The notes under the pieces: generated by a model
What the model saw: only the letters and a program-made list of their open reading frames with translations
Told to the model about the DNA's origin: nothing
Databases searched by the model: none
In this document: positions 7,876-16,512 of the stretch, in pieces
Position numbering within the stretch: position 1 is the first letter of the stretch
Layout: each line of letters opens with the position of its first letter
Made by a program: the position numbers and the translations under genes
IMG/VR virus record: IMGVR_UViG_2585427771_000003
Span: 1 to 31,243 of that record
Strand: one strand, 5' to 3'
DNA: 31,243 nucleotides
Origin: a virus
Lineage: Duplodnaviria > Heunggongvirae > Uroviricota > Caudoviricetes

Positions 7876-8415
7876 ATGCAACCACTTACATACCAACAGA
7901 CTAGCGGATTTAGCCCGACTGCGGTGATAAATCGTTCTCAAACAAAACAAGCTCCAGGCCACGAAAAAATCCGTGATGCCGTCCGCGCCTGGTCGGCTGT
8001 AGATAATCAGGATGTCGTTGCCGCACTCATTGTGAATGAGTATCGGGAGCAGGGCGGCGGCACCATCGATTTCCCTGATGATGTCAGCCGTGCACGCCAG
8101 AAGCTGTTCCGCTTCCTCGATAACAAATTCGATTCTGAAAAATACCGAAATAACGTGCGTGAACTGACCCCGGCAATTCTGGCGGTACTACCGCTGGAAT
8201 ATCGCGGTTACCTAGTTGAGCAGGATAGCTTCATGGCTCGGCTGGCTGAAATGGAAAAGGAACTCAGTGAGGCAAAGCAGGCGGTCATTCTCAACGCACC
8301 ACGCCACCAGAAACTGAAGGAGATGAGTGAAGGCATTGTGTCGATGTTTCGAGTGGACCCGGATCTGGCTGGTCCACTGATGGCGATGGTCACCACCATG
8401 CTGGGGGCAATATGA
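7876..8415 (+). CDS. YdaT-like regulatory protein in the cII position (179 aa)
   Basis: AAGGAG Shine-Dalgarno upstream. Segments EYREQGGG and TPAILAVLPLEYR resemble what I recall of Rac YdaT (EYLRQGGG, IPAILAILPRELR). Sits between cro and O. Confidence 0.55.
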   Translation: MQPLTYQQTSGFSPTAVINRSQTKQAPGHEKIRDAVRAWSAVDNQDVVAALIVNEYREQGGGTIDFPDDVSRARQKLFRFLDNKFDSEKYRNNVRELTPAILAVLPLEYRGYLVEQDSFMARLAEMEKELSEAKQAVILNAPRHQKLKEMSEGIVSMFRVDPDLAGPLMAMVTTMLGAI

Positions 8416-8501
8416 CAGGTTCAGAAATGGCGAAAGCCGGTCTGCTGGAACAGAACCGACTTTCAGGTGCAAATCGTAACACACTCATTGCGGGAGGAAT
8501 T

Positions 8502-9431
8502 ATGGCAAACACTGCTGAGATATTCAATTTTCCAGTGCCGGATGCGGCACAAAAGGAGCCGCGCGTGGCAGATCTCGATGATGGTTATACGCGCATTGCA
8601 AATGAGTTGCTGGAAGCTGTGATGCTGGCCGGATTAACACAGCACCAGCTTCTGGTCTTTCTGGCTGTCATGCGCAAAACATATGGCTTTAATAAAAAAC
8701 TGGATTGGGTTAGCAACGAGCAACTTTCCGAATTAACCGGGATATTGCCGCACAAGTGTTCTGCTGCAAAAAGTGTTCTGGTAAAGCGTGGGATTTTTAT
8801 TCAGAGCGGGCGGAATACCGGCATTAATAATGTGGTCAGTGAATGGTCTACATTACCCGAATCAGGTAAGAAAAATAAAGTTTACCTGAAAGAGGTAAAT
8901 TTACCTGAATCAGGTAAAAAAAGTTTACCCAAATCAGGTAAAGGCGTTTACCCGAATCAGGTAAACACAAAAGACAAACTAACAAAAGACAATATAAAAC
9001 CTTTTTCGTCCGAGAATTCTGGCGAATCCTCTGACCAACCAGAAAACGATCTTCCTGTGGTGAAACCGGATGCTGCAATTCAGAGCGGCAGCAAGTGGGG
9101 GACAGCAGAAGACCTGACCGCCGCAGAGTGGATGTTTGACATGGTGAAGACCATCGCGCCATCAGCCAGAAAACCGAATTTTGCAGGGTGGGCTAACGAT
9201 ATCCGCCTGATGCGTGAACGTGACGGACGTAACCACCGCGACATGTGCGTGCTGTTCCGCTGGGCATGCCAGGACAACTTCTGGTCCGGTAACGTGCTAA
9301 GTCCGGCCAAACTCCGCGACAAGTGGACCCAACTCGAAATCAACCGTAACAAGCAACAGGCAGGCGTGACAGCTAGCAAACCAAAACTCGACCTGACAAA
9401 CACAGACTGGATTTACGGGGTGGATCTATGA
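8502..9431 (+). CDS. O: Replication initiator O (lambda O family)
   Basis: From the ATG at 8502 (GGAGG upstream): MANTAEIFNFPVP...RVADLDDGYTRIANELLEAVMLAGLTQHQLLVFLAVMRKTYGFNK matches the lambda O N-terminal domain, and the C-terminus WACQDNFWSGNVLSPAKLRDKWTQLEINRNKQQAGV matches the lambda O P-interaction region. The ORF is open from 8412, so the start is somewhat uncertain. Iterons lie inside the gene. Confidence 0.9.
   Translation: MANTAEIFNFPVPDAAQKEPRVADLDDGYTRIANELLEAVMLAGLTQHQLLVFLAVMRKTYGFNKKLDWVSNEQLSELTGILPHKCSAAKSVLVKRGIFIQSGRNTGINNVVSEWSTLPESGKKNKVYLKEVNLPESGKKSLPKSGKGVYPNQVNTKDKLTKDNIKPFSSENSGESSDQPENDLPVVKPDAAIQSGSKWGTAEDLTAAEWMFDMVKTIAPSARKPNFAGWANDIRLMRERDGRNHRDMCVLFRWACQDNFWSGNVLSPAKLRDKWTQLEINRNKQQAGVTASKPKLDLTNTDWIYGVDL
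8855..8965 (+). repeat. Origin of replication: five iterons followed by an AT-rich tract, inside O
   Basis: Five copies of an approximately 18-bp unit, TTTACC(T/C)GAATCAGGTAAA, each an internal inverted repeat (TACCTGA / TCAGGTA), at about 8855, 8881, 8900, 8924 and 8947. An AT-rich stretch follows at 8966-9005. Architecture is the same as ori-lambda. Confidence 0.85.
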
Positions 9432-10129
9432 AAAACATCGCCGCACAGATGATTAACTTTGACCGTGAGCAGATGCGCCGGATCGCCAACAACATGCCGG
9501 AACAGTACGACGAAAAGCCGCAGGTACAGCAGGTAGCGCAGATAATCAACGGTGTATTCAGCCAGTTACTGGCAACTTTCCCGGCGAGCCTGGCTAATCG
9601 TGACCAGAACGAACTGAACGAAATCCGCCGCCAGTGGGTTCTGGCTTTCCGGGAAAACGGGATCACCACGATGGAACAGGTGAGCGCCGGAATGCGTGTT
9701 GCCCGTCGGCAGAATAGACCATTTCTGCCATCACCCGGGCAGTTTGTTGCATGGTGCCGGGAAGAAGCATCCGTTACCGCCGGGCTGCCAAACGTCAGCG
9801 AGCTGGTTGATATGGTTTACGAGTATTGCCGGAAGCGTGGTCTGTATCCGGATGCAGAGTCTTATCCGTGGAAATCAAACGCGCACTACTGGCTGGTTAC
9901 CAACCTGTATCAGAACATGCGGGCCAATGCGTTGACTGACGCGGAATTACGGCGCAAGGCTGCCGATGAACTGTCCTGTATGACCGCGCGAATTAACCGT
10001 GGTGAGGCGATACCTGAACCAGTAAAACAACTTCCTGTCATGGGCGGTAGACCTCTAAATCGTGCACAGGCTCTGGCGAAGATCGCAGAAATCAAAGCTA
10101 AGTTTGGGCTGAAAGGAGCAATTGTATGA
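9428..10129 (+). CDS. P: Replication protein P (DnaB helicase loader, 233 aa)
   Basis: Translation MKNIAAQMINFDREQMRRIANNMPEQYDEKPQVQQVAQIINGVFSQLLATF... is near-identical to lambda P as remembered; start overlaps the O stop. Confidence 0.95.
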   Translation: MKNIAAQMINFDREQMRRIANNMPEQYDEKPQVQQVAQIINGVFSQLLATFPASLANRDQNELNEIRRQWVLAFRENGITTMEQVSAGMRVARRQNRPFLPSPGQFVAWCREEASVTAGLPNVSELVDMVYEYCRKRGLYPDAESYPWKSNAHYWLVTNLYQNMRANALTDAELRRKAADELSCMTARINRGEAIPEPVKQLPVMGGRPLNRAQALAKIAEIKAKFGLKGAIV

Positions 10130-10428
10130 CGGGCAAAGAGGCAATTATTCATTACTTGGGGACTCATAAGAACTTCTGTGCGCAGGACGTTGCCGCGGTA
10201 ACAGGTGCAACCGTAACCAGCATAAATCAGGCTGCGGCTAAAATGGCGCGGGCAGGAATCCTGGTCGTTGATGGTAAGGTCTGGCGAACGGTGTATTATC
10301 GGTTCGCTACCAGAGAAGAATGGGAAGGAAAGGTGAGCACGAATTTGATTTTTAAGGAGTGTCGCCAGAGTGCCGCGATGAAACGGGTATTGAGGGTATA
10401 TAAAAGAACATCAATGGGTACACAATGA
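10126..10428 (+). CDS. ren: Ren exclusion protein (100 aa)
   Basis: Translation MTGKEAIIHYLGTHKNFCAQDVAAVTGATVTSINQAAAKMARAGILVVDGKVWRTVYYRFATREE matches lambda Ren. Confidence 0.9.
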   Translation: MTGKEAIIHYLGTHKNFCAQDVAAVTGATVTSINQAAAKMARAGILVVDGKVWRTVYYRFATREEWEGKVSTNLIFKECRQSAAMKRVLRVYKRTSMGTQ

Positions 10429-10495
10429 TGAAACAGGTGAGTTGAGTTCAAACTGTAGTACAATTCTCTCCAGTTTGAACAGGAAAGAATATGCT

Positions 10496-10828
10496 ATGAA
10501 TCCTTATATTTATCTTGGTGGTGCAATACTTGCAGAGGTCATTGGTACAACCTTAATGAAGTTTTCAGAAGGTTTTACACGGTTATGGCCATCTGTTGGT
10601 ACAATTATTTGTTATTGTGCATCATTCTGGTTATTAGCTCAGACGCTGGCTTATATTCCTACAGGGATTGCTTATGCTATCTGGTCAGGAGTCGGTATTG
10701 TCCTGATTAGCTTACTATCATGGGGATTTTTCGGCCAACGGTTGGACCTGCCAGCCATTATAGGCATGATGTTGATTTGTGCCGGTGTGTTGGTTATTAA
10801 TTTATTGTCACGAAGCACACCACATTAA
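10496..10828 (+). CDS. emrE: SMR-family multidrug efflux transporter EmrE (110 aa)
   Basis: From the internal ATG at 10496: MNPYIYLGGAILAEVIGTTLMKFSEGFTRLWPSVGTIICYCASFWLLAQTLAYIPTGIAYAIWSGVGIVLISLLSWGFFGQRLDL..., matching E. coli EmrE, which is a known DLP12 prophage cargo gene. Confidence 0.93.
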   Translation: MNPYIYLGGAILAEVIGTTLMKFSEGFTRLWPSVGTIICYCASFWLLAQTLAYIPTGIAYAIWSGVGIVLISLLSWGFFGQRLDLPAIIGMMLICAGVLVINLLSRSTPH

Positions 10829-11083
10829 AAATAATTTGTTTTTAAACGACTAAAATATGGAGGCTCGTATATTTATATGGGCCTCGTTTTATGCTTTTTG
10901 TTAATGTCTTTAGTTTTTATTCATTCTTTTGTGCTTTCAAGATTATGGTGTAAGAAAATTGCAATGCGATTATTGTTGTATATTCAAAATAATGTGACCT
11001 TAATTGTCTTTTTAAATAAAAATTAAACAAAAATCATATCTCACCACTAAGGTTTATAAAAGCATACTTTAGCAGGTGTCACC

Positions 11084-12610
11084 ATGAAAAAAGCCATAGC
11101 ATATATGCGATTTTCATCACCAGGTCAGATGTCTGGTGATTCATTAAACCGCCAGAGAAGGCTTATTACTGAATGGCTAAAGGTAAATAGTGATTATTAC
11201 CTTGATACCGTAACGTATGAAGATTTGGGGTTAAGCGCATTCAATGGAAAGCATGCACAATCAGGAGCTTTTTCGGAATTTTTAGATGCTATAGAACATG
11301 GTTATATATTGCCAGGGACTACATTGTTAGTTGAAAGTCTGGACAGACTTTCAAGAGAAAAAGTCGGTGAAGCGATTGAGCGTCTGAAATTGATTTTGAA
11401 TCACGGTATTGATGTTATAACTCTTTGCGATAATACAGTCTATAATATTGACTCATTGAATGAGCCATATTCATTAATAAAAGCCATACTTATAGCACAA
11501 AGGGCAAATGAAGAAAGCGAGATAAAGTCAAGTCGGGTTAAATTATCATGGAAGAAAAAACGGCAGGATGCACTGGAGTCAGGCACGATTATGACGGCTT
11601 CTTGTCCGAGATGGCTCTCATTGGATGACAAAAGAACGGCTTTTGTTCCAGACCCCGACAGGGTGAAAACTATTGAGCTAATTTTTAAACTCAGGATGGA
11701 AAGGCGCTCATTGAATGCAATAGCCAAGTATTTAAATGATCATGCTGTAAAGAATTTCTCAGGAAAAGAAAGTGCATGGGGACCTTCTGTAATTGAAAAA
11801 TTATTAGCGAATAAAGCTCTGATAGGTATATGCGTACCTTCATATCGTGCAAGAGGGAAAGGGATAAGTGAAATCGCTGGCTATTATCCCAGAGTCATAT
11901 CAGATGATTTGTTTTACGCTGTACAGGAAATTCGGTTGGCACCTTTTGGTATTAGCAATAGTAGCAAGAATCCTATGCTAATAAATCTACTTCGAACAGT
12001 TATGAAGTGTGAGGCTTGTGGTAATACCATGATTGTTCATGCGGTATCTGGAAGTTTGCATGGCTATTATGTTTGTCCGATGAGAAGATTACATCGATGT
12101 GACAGACCATCAATAAAAAGAGATTTGGTTGATTATAATATCATTAATGAATTGCTTTTTAATTGTAGCAAAATTCAACCAGTTGAAAACAAGAAAGATG
12201 CTAATGAAACTTTAGAGTTAAAAATTATTGAGCTTCAGATGAAAATTAATAATTTAATCGTTGCATTGTCTGTCGCGCCTGAAGTTACCGCTATAGCAGA
12301 GAAAATAAGACTATTAGATAAGGAATTACGAAGGGCTTCGGTATCATTAAAAACTTTGAAGAGTAAAGGGGTGAGTTCACTTGGTGATTTTCATGCTATT
12401 GATTTAACCAGTAAAAATGGGCGAGAGCTATGTCGTACACTTGCCTATAAAATATTCGAAAAAATTATAATTAATACAGATAATAAAACCTGTGATATCT
12501 ATTTTATGAATGGCATTGTTTTTAAACACTATCCTTTAATGAAAGTAATATCCGCCCAGCAGGCGATAAGTACTCTTAAATATATGGTTGATGGTGAGAT
12601 TTATTTTTGA
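11084..12610 (+). CDS. ybcK: Large serine recombinase, YbcK-like (508 aa)
   Basis: N-terminal resolvase-type catalytic region with the serine in AYMRFSSPGQ, and a long C-terminal extension. Visibly AT-rich. Same position as ybcK in DLP12. Confidence 0.85.
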   Translation: MKKAIAYMRFSSPGQMSGDSLNRQRRLITEWLKVNSDYYLDTVTYEDLGLSAFNGKHAQSGAFSEFLDAIEHGYILPGTTLLVESLDRLSREKVGEAIERLKLILNHGIDVITLCDNTVYNIDSLNEPYSLIKAILIAQRANEESEIKSSRVKLSWKKKRQDALESGTIMTASCPRWLSLDDKRTAFVPDPDRVKTIELIFKLRMERRSLNAIAKYLNDHAVKNFSGKESAWGPSVIEKLLANKALIGICVPSYRARGKGISEIAGYYPRVISDDLFYAVQEIRLAPFGISNSSKNPMLINLLRTVMKCEACGNTMIVHAVSGSLHGYYVCPMRRLHRCDRPSIKRDLVDYNIINELLFNCSKIQPVENKKDANETLELKIIELQMKINNLIVALSVAPEVTAIAEKIRLLDKELRRASVSLKTLKSKGVSSLGDFHAIDLTSKNGRELCRTLAYKIFEKIIINTDNKTCDIYFMNGIVFKHYPLMKVISAQQAISTLKYMVDGEIYF

Positions 12611-12933
12611 GTAATAATCACTTTTTCAACCGTGCTATGGTATGAAAGTAAAGTGACTAATATGATATTAACTATCTTGAACGAAGCGCCCTGAGCTATA
12701 GTTTTACTATAGGCACTGCCACTGGATGTTGGCATTCTTGCTCTAGTAGCTCAACAATACCCAATCACAAAACAATTCACTGATAACAAACTTTGTGCAC
12801 GTGCTTGGTTATGGCGAACAGGTGATGTTAACCTCTTGCCTGAATGCCACTCCACTTCATTAAGTATCTGAGCACCGAGAGGCTGGTCACGCCCCCATTA
12901 AAAATAATTTCTTTTGAATCGAGTGAAATAGGT

Positions 12934-12960
12934 TAGCCCGCATAAGTGCGGGCTGCTTTT
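12934..12960. terminator. Hairpin terminator between the convergent ybcK and esterase genes
   Basis: Stem AGCCCGCA / TGCGGGCT with loop TAAG, followed on the + strand by GCTTTTT. The T-run abuts the esterase stop codon. Likely terminates ybcK transcription and may act in both directions. Confidence 0.5.
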
Positions 12961-14003
12961 TACAGGTCAGCGTTTGTTTTTTGTTGTTGGGTAGCGGTTT
13001 TTATGGGGGTTCCCAGGTTTTTAGTAAACCACTCAACAACTCTGTTTATAATAATTGGCTGATACCATGTATTATCGCCATGCTCAGCCCCTTCTACCAG
13101 AACGTACTCAGCGTTATCGCCGTTCTTCTTCAACATCCTGAATAGTTTGGCGCTTTGCTCAGGTGAAACCAGAGTGTCTTTGCTACCATGCATAATAAGA
13201 AATGGGGGTTTTACTCCTTTCATATGTCCGATTGGACTGGCGTTTAGCGCTTTTTCTTTTGACGCTGTTATGGGGGCTCCCGCAAAACTTCTGAATGCAG
13301 GGCCATTGATCATTAAGGCTTCGGTTACGGCAGGAGATCGATGAACCTCCTGCACTGATTCAGGGAACCCCTCGCCAATATTCAACAAGTCAGAAATCCC
13401 ATAAAGTGTGGCAACTGCCTGAACATCTGCTGATTGCTGAAGAAAGTCACCTTTATTAAAGGTTTTGTCACCATTTGTAGTTCCCATCATCTGGGCAAGC
13501 CATCCACCGGCAGAGTCACCCAGAACTCCGATTCTTTGAGGATCAATCCCATAATCGCTGGCATGTTCTCTCAAGTAACGTATTGCAGCTTTCCCATCCT
13601 CAACTGGTGCTGGAAATGTATCAGGAATTGTTCTGTATTCTACAGCGGCCACAACAAAACCAGCTTCAGCCAGAGCCATTCTCATTTCAATAAATTTGTC
13701 ATGTTCAGAAGACATGAATCCGCCGCCGGGATAATAAATAATGGCTGGTCTTAAATCATTTGTTCGCGGGACAAGAACTGACATGTGAAGCTGTCTGACA
13801 GAACGAGTTCCTTTTATCTGGGAATAAACAACATCACCAATGAGATCGACCTGGTTTCTGGTGGGTGAAACACTAATGATATCTGCACCCGGGGTGTAAC
13901 CAGGAAGATTAGTCTGGACAGGTGTTGCACAACTCCCGACCGACATGGCCATTGACATACCATACAATAGTGTTGCAGATGATAATATCTTGTTAATTTT
14001 CAT
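12960..14003 (-). CDS. Secreted alpha/beta-hydrolase esterase or lipase, probable lipoprotein (347 aa)
   Basis: N-terminal signal peptide with a lipobox-like MSVGSC; GDSAGG nucleophile elbow (G-x-S-x-G) and a downstream HGSKD segment typical of the alpha/beta-hydrolase fold. Lies where DLP12 of E. coli K-12 carries ybcL and ybcM. Confidence 0.7.
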   Translation of the reverse strand: MKINKILSSATLLYGMSMAMSVGSCATPVQTNLPGYTPGADIISVSPTRNQVDLIGDVVYSQIKGTRSVRQLHMSVLVPRTNDLRPAIIYYPGGGFMSSEHDKFIEMRMALAEAGFVVAAVEYRTIPDTFPAPVEDGKAAIRYLREHASDYGIDPQRIGVLGDSAGGWLAQMMGTTNGDKTFNKGDFLQQSADVQAVATLYGISDLLNIGEGFPESVQEVHRSPAVTEALMINGPAFRSFAGAPITASKEKALNASPIGHMKGVKPPFLIMHGSKDTLVSPEQSAKLFRMLKKNGDNAEYVLVEGAEHGDNTWYQPIIINRVVEWFTKNLGTPIKTATQQQKTNADL

Positions 14004-14352
14004 GTTTTACATGCCTTGACTTATCGGATGAAATTCTCTTACTGAATTTAACGGCAGTTTAATAGCAGTACAACTCGTGGTAGCTAGGGAAATATCCCAG
14101 TCGTGGTTAAGGTTGTACTTGACGGCTATTATTTCAACAATGCTTAAAGTGAGAGCTTAAGGTTATGCGTATGTTTTACAGTCCGAGTAGATTCTGACCA
14201 ATAGCTTCTTTGTATAATTCTGTCAGAAATAAATCTTGGCTTGCATGAAGTTTGAGACCTTATCTTGTTTGATTATGAATAATCAATTCGCCATAATTGT
14301 ATCACCGGAGCCTGAACAACTCCTGTGACTTCTGCGCTAAACGGGGACGTTT

Positions 14353-14454
14353 ATGCGCACATACAATCCAACCTATCTTCTCCATTCACAGATGCAGAAA
14401 TGCACCTGCGATTTTTTGCATCCAGCGTTTGGCCTCTGCGGAGGTGAATCGTGA
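14353..14454 (+). CDS. ylcH: Small ORF, YlcH-like (33 aa)
   Basis: ATG at 14353 to TGA at 14452-14454, translation [33 protein letters not shown]; overlaps the GTG start of ybcN. The match to YlcH is from memory of DLP12 gene order only. Confidence 0.35.
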   Translation: MRTYNPTYLLHSQMQKCTCDFLHPAFGLCGGES

Positions 14455-14906
14455 ACCTCCCACAAGATGGCATCAAATTGCATCGCGGCAACTTCACCGC
14501 TTTCGGCCAGCAGATCCAGCCTTATCTGGAGGACGGAAAATGCTTTCGCATGGTGCTTAAACCGTGGCGTGAGAAACGCAGTCTTTCCCAGAATGCACTC
14601 AGCCATATGTGGTACAGCGAAATCAGTGAATACCTCATCAGCAGGGGGAAATCGTTCGCTACCGCAGCATGGGTAAAAGATGCTCTCAAACACACATACC
14701 TCGGTTATGAAACCAAGGACCTGGTTGATGTCGTAACCGGCGAAATCACTACTATCCAGTCGTTACGCCATACCTCCGATCTTGATACCGGAGAGATGTA
14801 TGTCTTCCTGTGTAAGGTTGAAGCCTGGGCGATGAATATTGGCTGCCACCTGACTATTCCGCAGCGCTGCGAGTTCCAGCTGCTGCGCGACAAGCAGGAG
14901 GCGTAA
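14451..14906 (+). CDS. ybcN: YbcN-like DNA base-flipping protein (151 aa)
   Basis: GTG start with GGAGGTG Shine-Dalgarno at 14440-14446; translation [61 protein letters not shown]... matches DLP12 YbcN as remembered. Confidence 0.8.
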   Translation: MNLPQDGIKLHRGNFTAFGQQIQPYLEDGKCFRMVLKPWREKRSLSQNALSHMWYSEISEYLISRGKSFATAAWVKDALKHTYLGYETKDLVDVVTGEITTIQSLRHTSDLDTGEMYVFLCKVEAWAMNIGCHLTIPQRCEFQLLRDKQEA

Positions 14907-15076
14907 TGGCTACACCGCTTATTCGTATCATGAACGGACACATCTACAAAGTACCAAATCGTCGTAAGCGTAAACCTGAGCTGAAGCCATCCGAAATACC
15001 AACACTGCTCGGGTATACCGCCAGCCTGGTTGATAAAAAATGGTTGCGACTGGCAGCAAGGAGGAATCATGGCTGA
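14906..15076 (+). CDS. ninE: NinE-like protein (56 aa)
   Basis: ATG overlaps the ybcN stop (TAATG). Translation [56 protein letters not shown], a basic small protein resembling lambda NinE. Too short to appear in the ORF track. Confidence 0.7.
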   Translation: MATPLIRIMNGHIYKVPNRRKRKPELKPSEIPTLLGYTASLVDKKWLRLAARRNHG

Positions 15077-15359
15077 TTTGAGAAAAGCAGCGCGTGGTCG
15101 GGAATGCCAGGTAAGAATCCCTGGCGTATGTAATGGCAATCCTGAAACGTCAGTACTGGCACATATCCGGCTGGCTGGATTGTGCGGTACCGGTATCAAA
15201 CCGCCAGACCTGATTGCCACCATTGCATGTTCTGCCTGCCACGACGAAATCGACCGTCGCACGCATTTTGTTGACGCTGGATATGCAAAAGAATGCGCGC
15301 TGGAAGGTATGGCGAGAACACAGGTTATCTGGTTGAAAGAGGGGGTTATTGAGGCGTGA
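15069..15359 (+). CDS. ybcO: YbcO-like protein (DUF1364, putative nuclease, 96 aa)
   Basis: From the ATG at 15069: [64 protein letters not shown], cysteine-rich and matching DLP12 YbcO; sits immediately upstream of rusA. Confidence 0.8.
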   Translation: MADLRKAARGRECQVRIPGVCNGNPETSVLAHIRLAGLCGTGIKPPDLIATIACSACHDEIDRRTHFVDAGYAKECALEGMARTQVIWLKEGVIEA

Positions 15360-15718
15360 ATACCTACAGCATCACATTACCTTGGCCTCCGAGCAATAAT
15401 CGCTATTACCGCCATAATCGTGGGCGCACGCACGTCAGCGCAGAGGGGCAGGCATACTGCGATAACGTCGCCCGAATCATTAAAAACGCAATGCTGGATA
15501 TCGGCTTGGCTATGCCAGTGAAAATCCGTATTGAGTGCCACATGCCGGATCGCCGTCGCCGTGACCTGGATAATCTGCAAAAAGCCGCTTTTGACGCACT
15601 CACCAAAGCAGGTTTCTGGCTGGATGATATTCAGGTCGTTGATTACCGTGTTGTGAAGATGCCCGTTACCAAAGGTGGGAAGCTGGAGCTGACCATCACC
15701 GAACTGGGAGATGAATGA
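15356..15718 (+). CDS. rusA: Holliday-junction resolvase RusA (120 aa)
   Basis: Translation [91 protein letters not shown] matches E. coli RusA. Confidence 0.95.
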   Translation: MNTYSITLPWPPSNNRYYRHNRGRTHVSAEGQAYCDNVARIIKNAMLDIGLAMPVKIRIECHMPDRRRRDLDNLQKAAFDALTKAGFWLDDIQVVDYRVVKMPVTKGGKLELTITELGDE

Positions 15719-15855
15719 TGTTTGAGTCTTATATGGCAGAGCGTCTTCGCCGCCGCTGGGTGCGCCTGCGCTTATATCGTTTTCCTGGTTCTGTTTTGAC
15801 CGATTACCGAATACTGAAGAATTACGCCAAAACCCTGACAGGAGCAGGAGTATGA
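15715..15855 (+). CDS. ylcG: YlcG-like small protein (46 aa)
   Basis: ATGATG start overlapping the rusA stop; translation [46 protein letters not shown]. Too short for the ORF track; identity is from memory. Confidence 0.5.
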   Translation: MMFESYMAERLRRRWVRLRLYRFPGSVLTDYRILKNYAKTLTGAGV

Positions 15856-15940
15856 AGTCAGAGATAACAATCAACTAATACTGTTTTGTTGATTTTTGCT
15901 TGTAATTGGCGTTCTGGTCTGATTTTTGTGGAGTAAGTTG

Positions 15941-16324
15941 ATGCGTGATATTCAGATGGTTCTTGAGCGTTGGGGAGCGTGGGCGGCTAATAATCATGAA
16001 GATGTGACCTGGTCGTCCGTTGCCGCCGGTTTTAAGGGATTAATTCCTTCAAAAGTAAAATCTCGCCCGCAATGTTGTGACGATGACGCGATGATCATTT
16101 GCGGGTGCATGGCCCGTCTGAAAAAGAACAACAGCGATTTACACGATTTATTAGTAGATTATTATGTATGTGGTATGACATTCATGTCACTGGCAAGTAA
16201 GCATTGCTGCTCGGATGGTTATATCGGGAAAAGGTTACAGAAGGCTGAGGGCATAATTGAAGGGATGTTAATGGCATTAGATATCCGGTTAGATATGGAT
16301 ATCGTTGCTAATAATTCTAATTGA
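15941..16324 (+). CDS. quuD: Late-gene antiterminator Q (QuuD / phage 21-82 type, 127 aa)
   Basis: ATG at 15941 with GGAG upstream; translation [60 protein letters not shown]..., a cysteine-rich Q-type antiterminator, in the expected place before the lysis genes. Confidence 0.8.
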   Translation: MRDIQMVLERWGAWAANNHEDVTWSSVAAGFKGLIPSKVKSRPQCCDDDAMIICGCMARLKKNNSDLHDLLVDYYVCGMTFMSLASKHCCSDGYIGKRLQKAEGIIEGMLMALDIRLDMDIVANNSN

Positions 16325-16344
16325 TATGCAATTGTTTACTAAAA

Positions 16345-16375
16345 GTTATTAAAAATGGGGCGTGGAAACGCCCCC
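16345..16375 (-). terminator. Candidate terminator for the porin gene (- strand)
   Basis: Hairpin GGGGCG-TGGAAA-CGCCCC at 16357-16375; on the - strand it is followed by ATTTTTAATAACTTT. Confidence 0.45.
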
Positions 16376-16460
16376 AAAATAAAGGGTAATATATAACAGA
16401 AGGTTTATATAGTAAGAAGCAAGGTAGTGCTTCTAAAGGAAGTGGCTTGAGGGCTCCACT

Positions 16461-16501
16461 TATATGTTGCGGAGGCAAAGCCTCCCGCAACATATCTTTT
16501 T
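16461..16501 (+). terminator. Rho-independent terminator downstream of Q (candidate tR')
   Basis: Long perfect inverted repeat TATATGTTGCGGAGGC-AAAG-CCTCCCGCAACATA followed by TCTTTTT, about 140-180 nt after the Q stop, where pR'/tR' and the short late leader RNA are expected. Confidence 0.65.
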
Positions 16502-16512
16502 CGTAAGTCAGA

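Noticed and set aside
8848-9669. Antisense ORFs overlapping O and the start of P
   Set aside because: They cover the iteron and linker region of O; repetitive DNA produces open frames on both strands.
10829-11083. Possible terminator or small RNA in the AT-rich spacer between emrE and ybcK
   Set aside because: Only a weak 5-bp stem (GAGGC/GCCTC) with a long loop; not convincing.
12960-14003. Whether the esterase ORF could be ybcL or ybcM
   Set aside because: YbcL is a PEBP-family periplasmic protein and YbcM an AraC-type regulator, to my recollection; this protein has a signal peptide and a GDSAGG hydrolase motif, so it is a different gene.
14705-15874. Antisense ORFs of 185 and 165 aa over ninE, ybcO and rusA
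   Set aside because: The sense-strand genes are well-matched small proteins with translational coupling; the antisense ORFs are likely chance open frames.
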